A DNA stretch of 59,255 nucleotides, counting the filler, from Sanchytrium tribonematis (lineage: Eukaryota): the NCBI GenBank assembly GCA_018985235.1. It is 6 parts of 6 records of this genome, joined end to end, with 100 filler letters (N's around TTAATTAATTAA, not from the genome) between each part and the next. Parts side by side here need not be neighbours in the genome. Positions count along the whole stretch, not along the records: positions 49,582 to 59,255 come from JADGIG010000323.1; 5 more parts are not named here. One strand, given 5' to 3'. The position numbers were made by a program, and so were the translations under genes. The notes under the pieces were generated by a model. It worked only from the letters and a program-made list of their open reading frames with translations, was not told the origin of the DNA and ran no database searches. The first letter of the stretch is position 1. Every line of letters begins with the position of its first letter. Shown here one piece after another: positions 57,366 to 59,255 of this stretch.

Positions 57366-59043
57366 ATGACACTTCCATTTGCAACTCGAAAGGACAAAGT
57401 GTCCATAGATAAAGCCTATCAGCGACTGCAAAAATGGATAAGTGAAAGTTTAGACAATATCAAAGTCGAACTTCAACGAACGTTATATCCACTTTTCGCA
57501 TATTCATACCTTAAATTAATTGCGAGTCAGAATACAGAGGTGGCAAAGAAGCTGATGGAATTGGCAAAAATGGATCATAAAATTGACGAGTTTTTAAGCA
57601 TTAATGACCAGCAACATTTGCAAGAAAGCGGATTGTTTGCAAGTTGGATGGACAAAAAGTACGAGATTCAGATATCTCGATTCGCATTTGAATTACTTAT
57701 AAACTTTATGGATGAACACTCAATGATATTTTTTTTGACTATTTTAAATAGCAATATTAAAGTCAATATTACTGATAAGCCAAAAATGGAACACGATGCA
57801 GATGCAAGTCATCAAAGTAAAGTGTATTTGGGGGCTTCAATTCTTCATGAAGATGAAATGTTGGCTAAGAAAATTAAATACAAGGATGAAGAAGTCTCAA
57901 ATCCATTCGACCAGAAACAAAAGCAATTAGAATTGCAACAGGACAGGCCCGCTTACGATCGAGTTCCGCAGCCGCCATTGACTCATTTTGATTTAGAAAA
58001 TGAAATAGAAGAACTTAGAGATTTAAAAAGAATGATGCAAGTTACGAATAGGTATTTACCTTCCATTTGTTGCTACACTCTTCATAATACAAACAACGAA
58101 ACTAGCTGCGCAAAGTTAAACGATGATATCACAATCCTGGCTGCTGGTTTCAGAAAATCAACCATTAAGCTTTGGAGTTTAAATGATTCAAAATTAAGAG
58201 CGCTTTTATCGGATCCTGACCCAAATGCCACTGAAATTGATCAAGTTTTGGATCAAGGCACCACTGAAAGGGAGCTTGTAGGGCATTCAGGTCCTGTATA
58301 TGATATTGAATTCAGCAGGGACAAAAAATTTATGCTTTCTTGTTCACAGGATGCGTCAAGTAACTATTTTTTATGTAGTTAGATACTGGTCGTTACAGAA
58401 TTATTCGAATATGTGCATGTACCAAGGTCATCAGTACCCAGTTTGGGATATTGATATGGGAAATCAGGATGTCTACTTTGTAAGTGGAAGTATGGATGGA
58501 ACTGCAAGATTGTGGACCACTGACAGAGTACAGCCACTGAGAATATTCGCTGGACATTTGAGTGATGTCGATTGTGTAAAATTGCACCATAATTTGAACT
58601 ATGTGCTTACAGGAAGTAGCGACCGTACCTGTAGACTCTGGGATAATTTAAATGGAGAATCTGTGAGACTTTTTACAGGACATGAGGGGCCGATTACAGC
58701 TTTAGAATATTCTCCAGATGGTAGATTATTTGCCTGCGCGTCCCACCACACAATATACGTTTGGGATATTGCAGAGTGTAAAATTTTGACTAAATGTCAA
58801 GGCCACAAAGATATTATAACAACTCTTGCTTTTGATAGAGCTGGTAGTTTACTCACTAGTGGATCCATAGATGGTAGTGTATGCATTTGGGATATGAATA
58901 TTTCTTCAGGAAATGCTTTAACTTTACCACTCAAAATATTATACACTAAAGCAACTCCACTGTTAAATTTAATGTTTACAAAGCGAAATTTACTCATGGC
59001 TGTCGGGTCTTTTTGTCCAGAGCTACTCAAATATGATAAGTAA
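57366..59043 (+). CDS. TAF5: TFIID subunit Taf5; intron 58360-58378
   Basis: NTD2 (WISESLD, LYPLFAYSYL), LPSICCYT, LVGHSGPVY, GHQYPVWD, PLRIFAGHLSDVDCV. Confidence 0.95.
58360..58378 (+). other. 19-nt spliceosomal intron (GTAACTATTTTTTATGTAG)
   Basis: Restores the WD repeat SCSQDASIRYWSL. Confidence 0.93.
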
Positions 59044-59053
59044 ATTTATTTTT

Positions 59054-59254
59054 TTAATATCTGAGTCCTAATTCCTTATTGATTTGTCGTAATCTTTCTT
59101 TCAAGTAAGCGACGTTGTCAAGTTTATCTTGCAGTTGTTTAATTTCGTTTTCAATTGAGGTTTCTTCCTCTTCAGTGCCAATTTTGTTAAATTGCCAAGT
59201 TTTTTGGTCCCCTACCAGATTCAATAAATGTCCATGATATTTAAATAGTGCAGG
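59054..59254 (-). CDS. Peroxisomal ABC transporter (Pxa1/ABCD) C-terminus (5' partial; not in ORF track)
   Basis: Manual translation PALFKYHGHLLNL...W...IENEIKQLQDKL...RLRQINKELG matches the ABCD1/Pxa1 tail pattern. Confidence 0.7.
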   Translation of the reverse strand, partial: PALFKYHGHLLNLVGDQKTWQFNKIGTEEEETSIENEIKQLQDKLDNVAYLKERLRQINKELGLRY

Positions 59255-59255
59255 T

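Overview
AT-rich, extremely compact eukaryotic DNA. The gene content (ADE13, ILV2, DAHP synthase, MDM31, YOS9, chitin-binding CBM18 protein, plus CIB- and C2CD6-like genes) suggests an early-diverging, probably zoosporic or parasitic fungus or fungal relative (inference). The window is not one locus. It is six contigs of decreasing length (9908, 9849, 9805, 9794, 9725, 9674 nt) joined by artificial N44-TTAATTAATTAA-N44 linkers. About 40 protein genes are recognisable. Main discovery: nearly every apparent split or frameshift in conserved genes is resolved by an ultra-short GT-AG intron (13 of exactly 19 nt, 1 of 20 nt). All 14 have an invariant A at -6, T at -8 and a pyrimidine at -9 from the 3' end, which points to a fixed-geometry, ruler-like splicing system. 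Second highlight: an orphan protein that starts with a histone H3 tail copy carrying K4I. It lies in an intron-free accessory contig with a dead subtilisin, a CBM18/dead-deacetylase protein and Crinkler-like nuclease genes. Also present: an APE-RT LINE with unusual ORF architecture abutting a decayed LRR gene, and a recurring CTCCTT/CCCCT motif just upstream of start codons.
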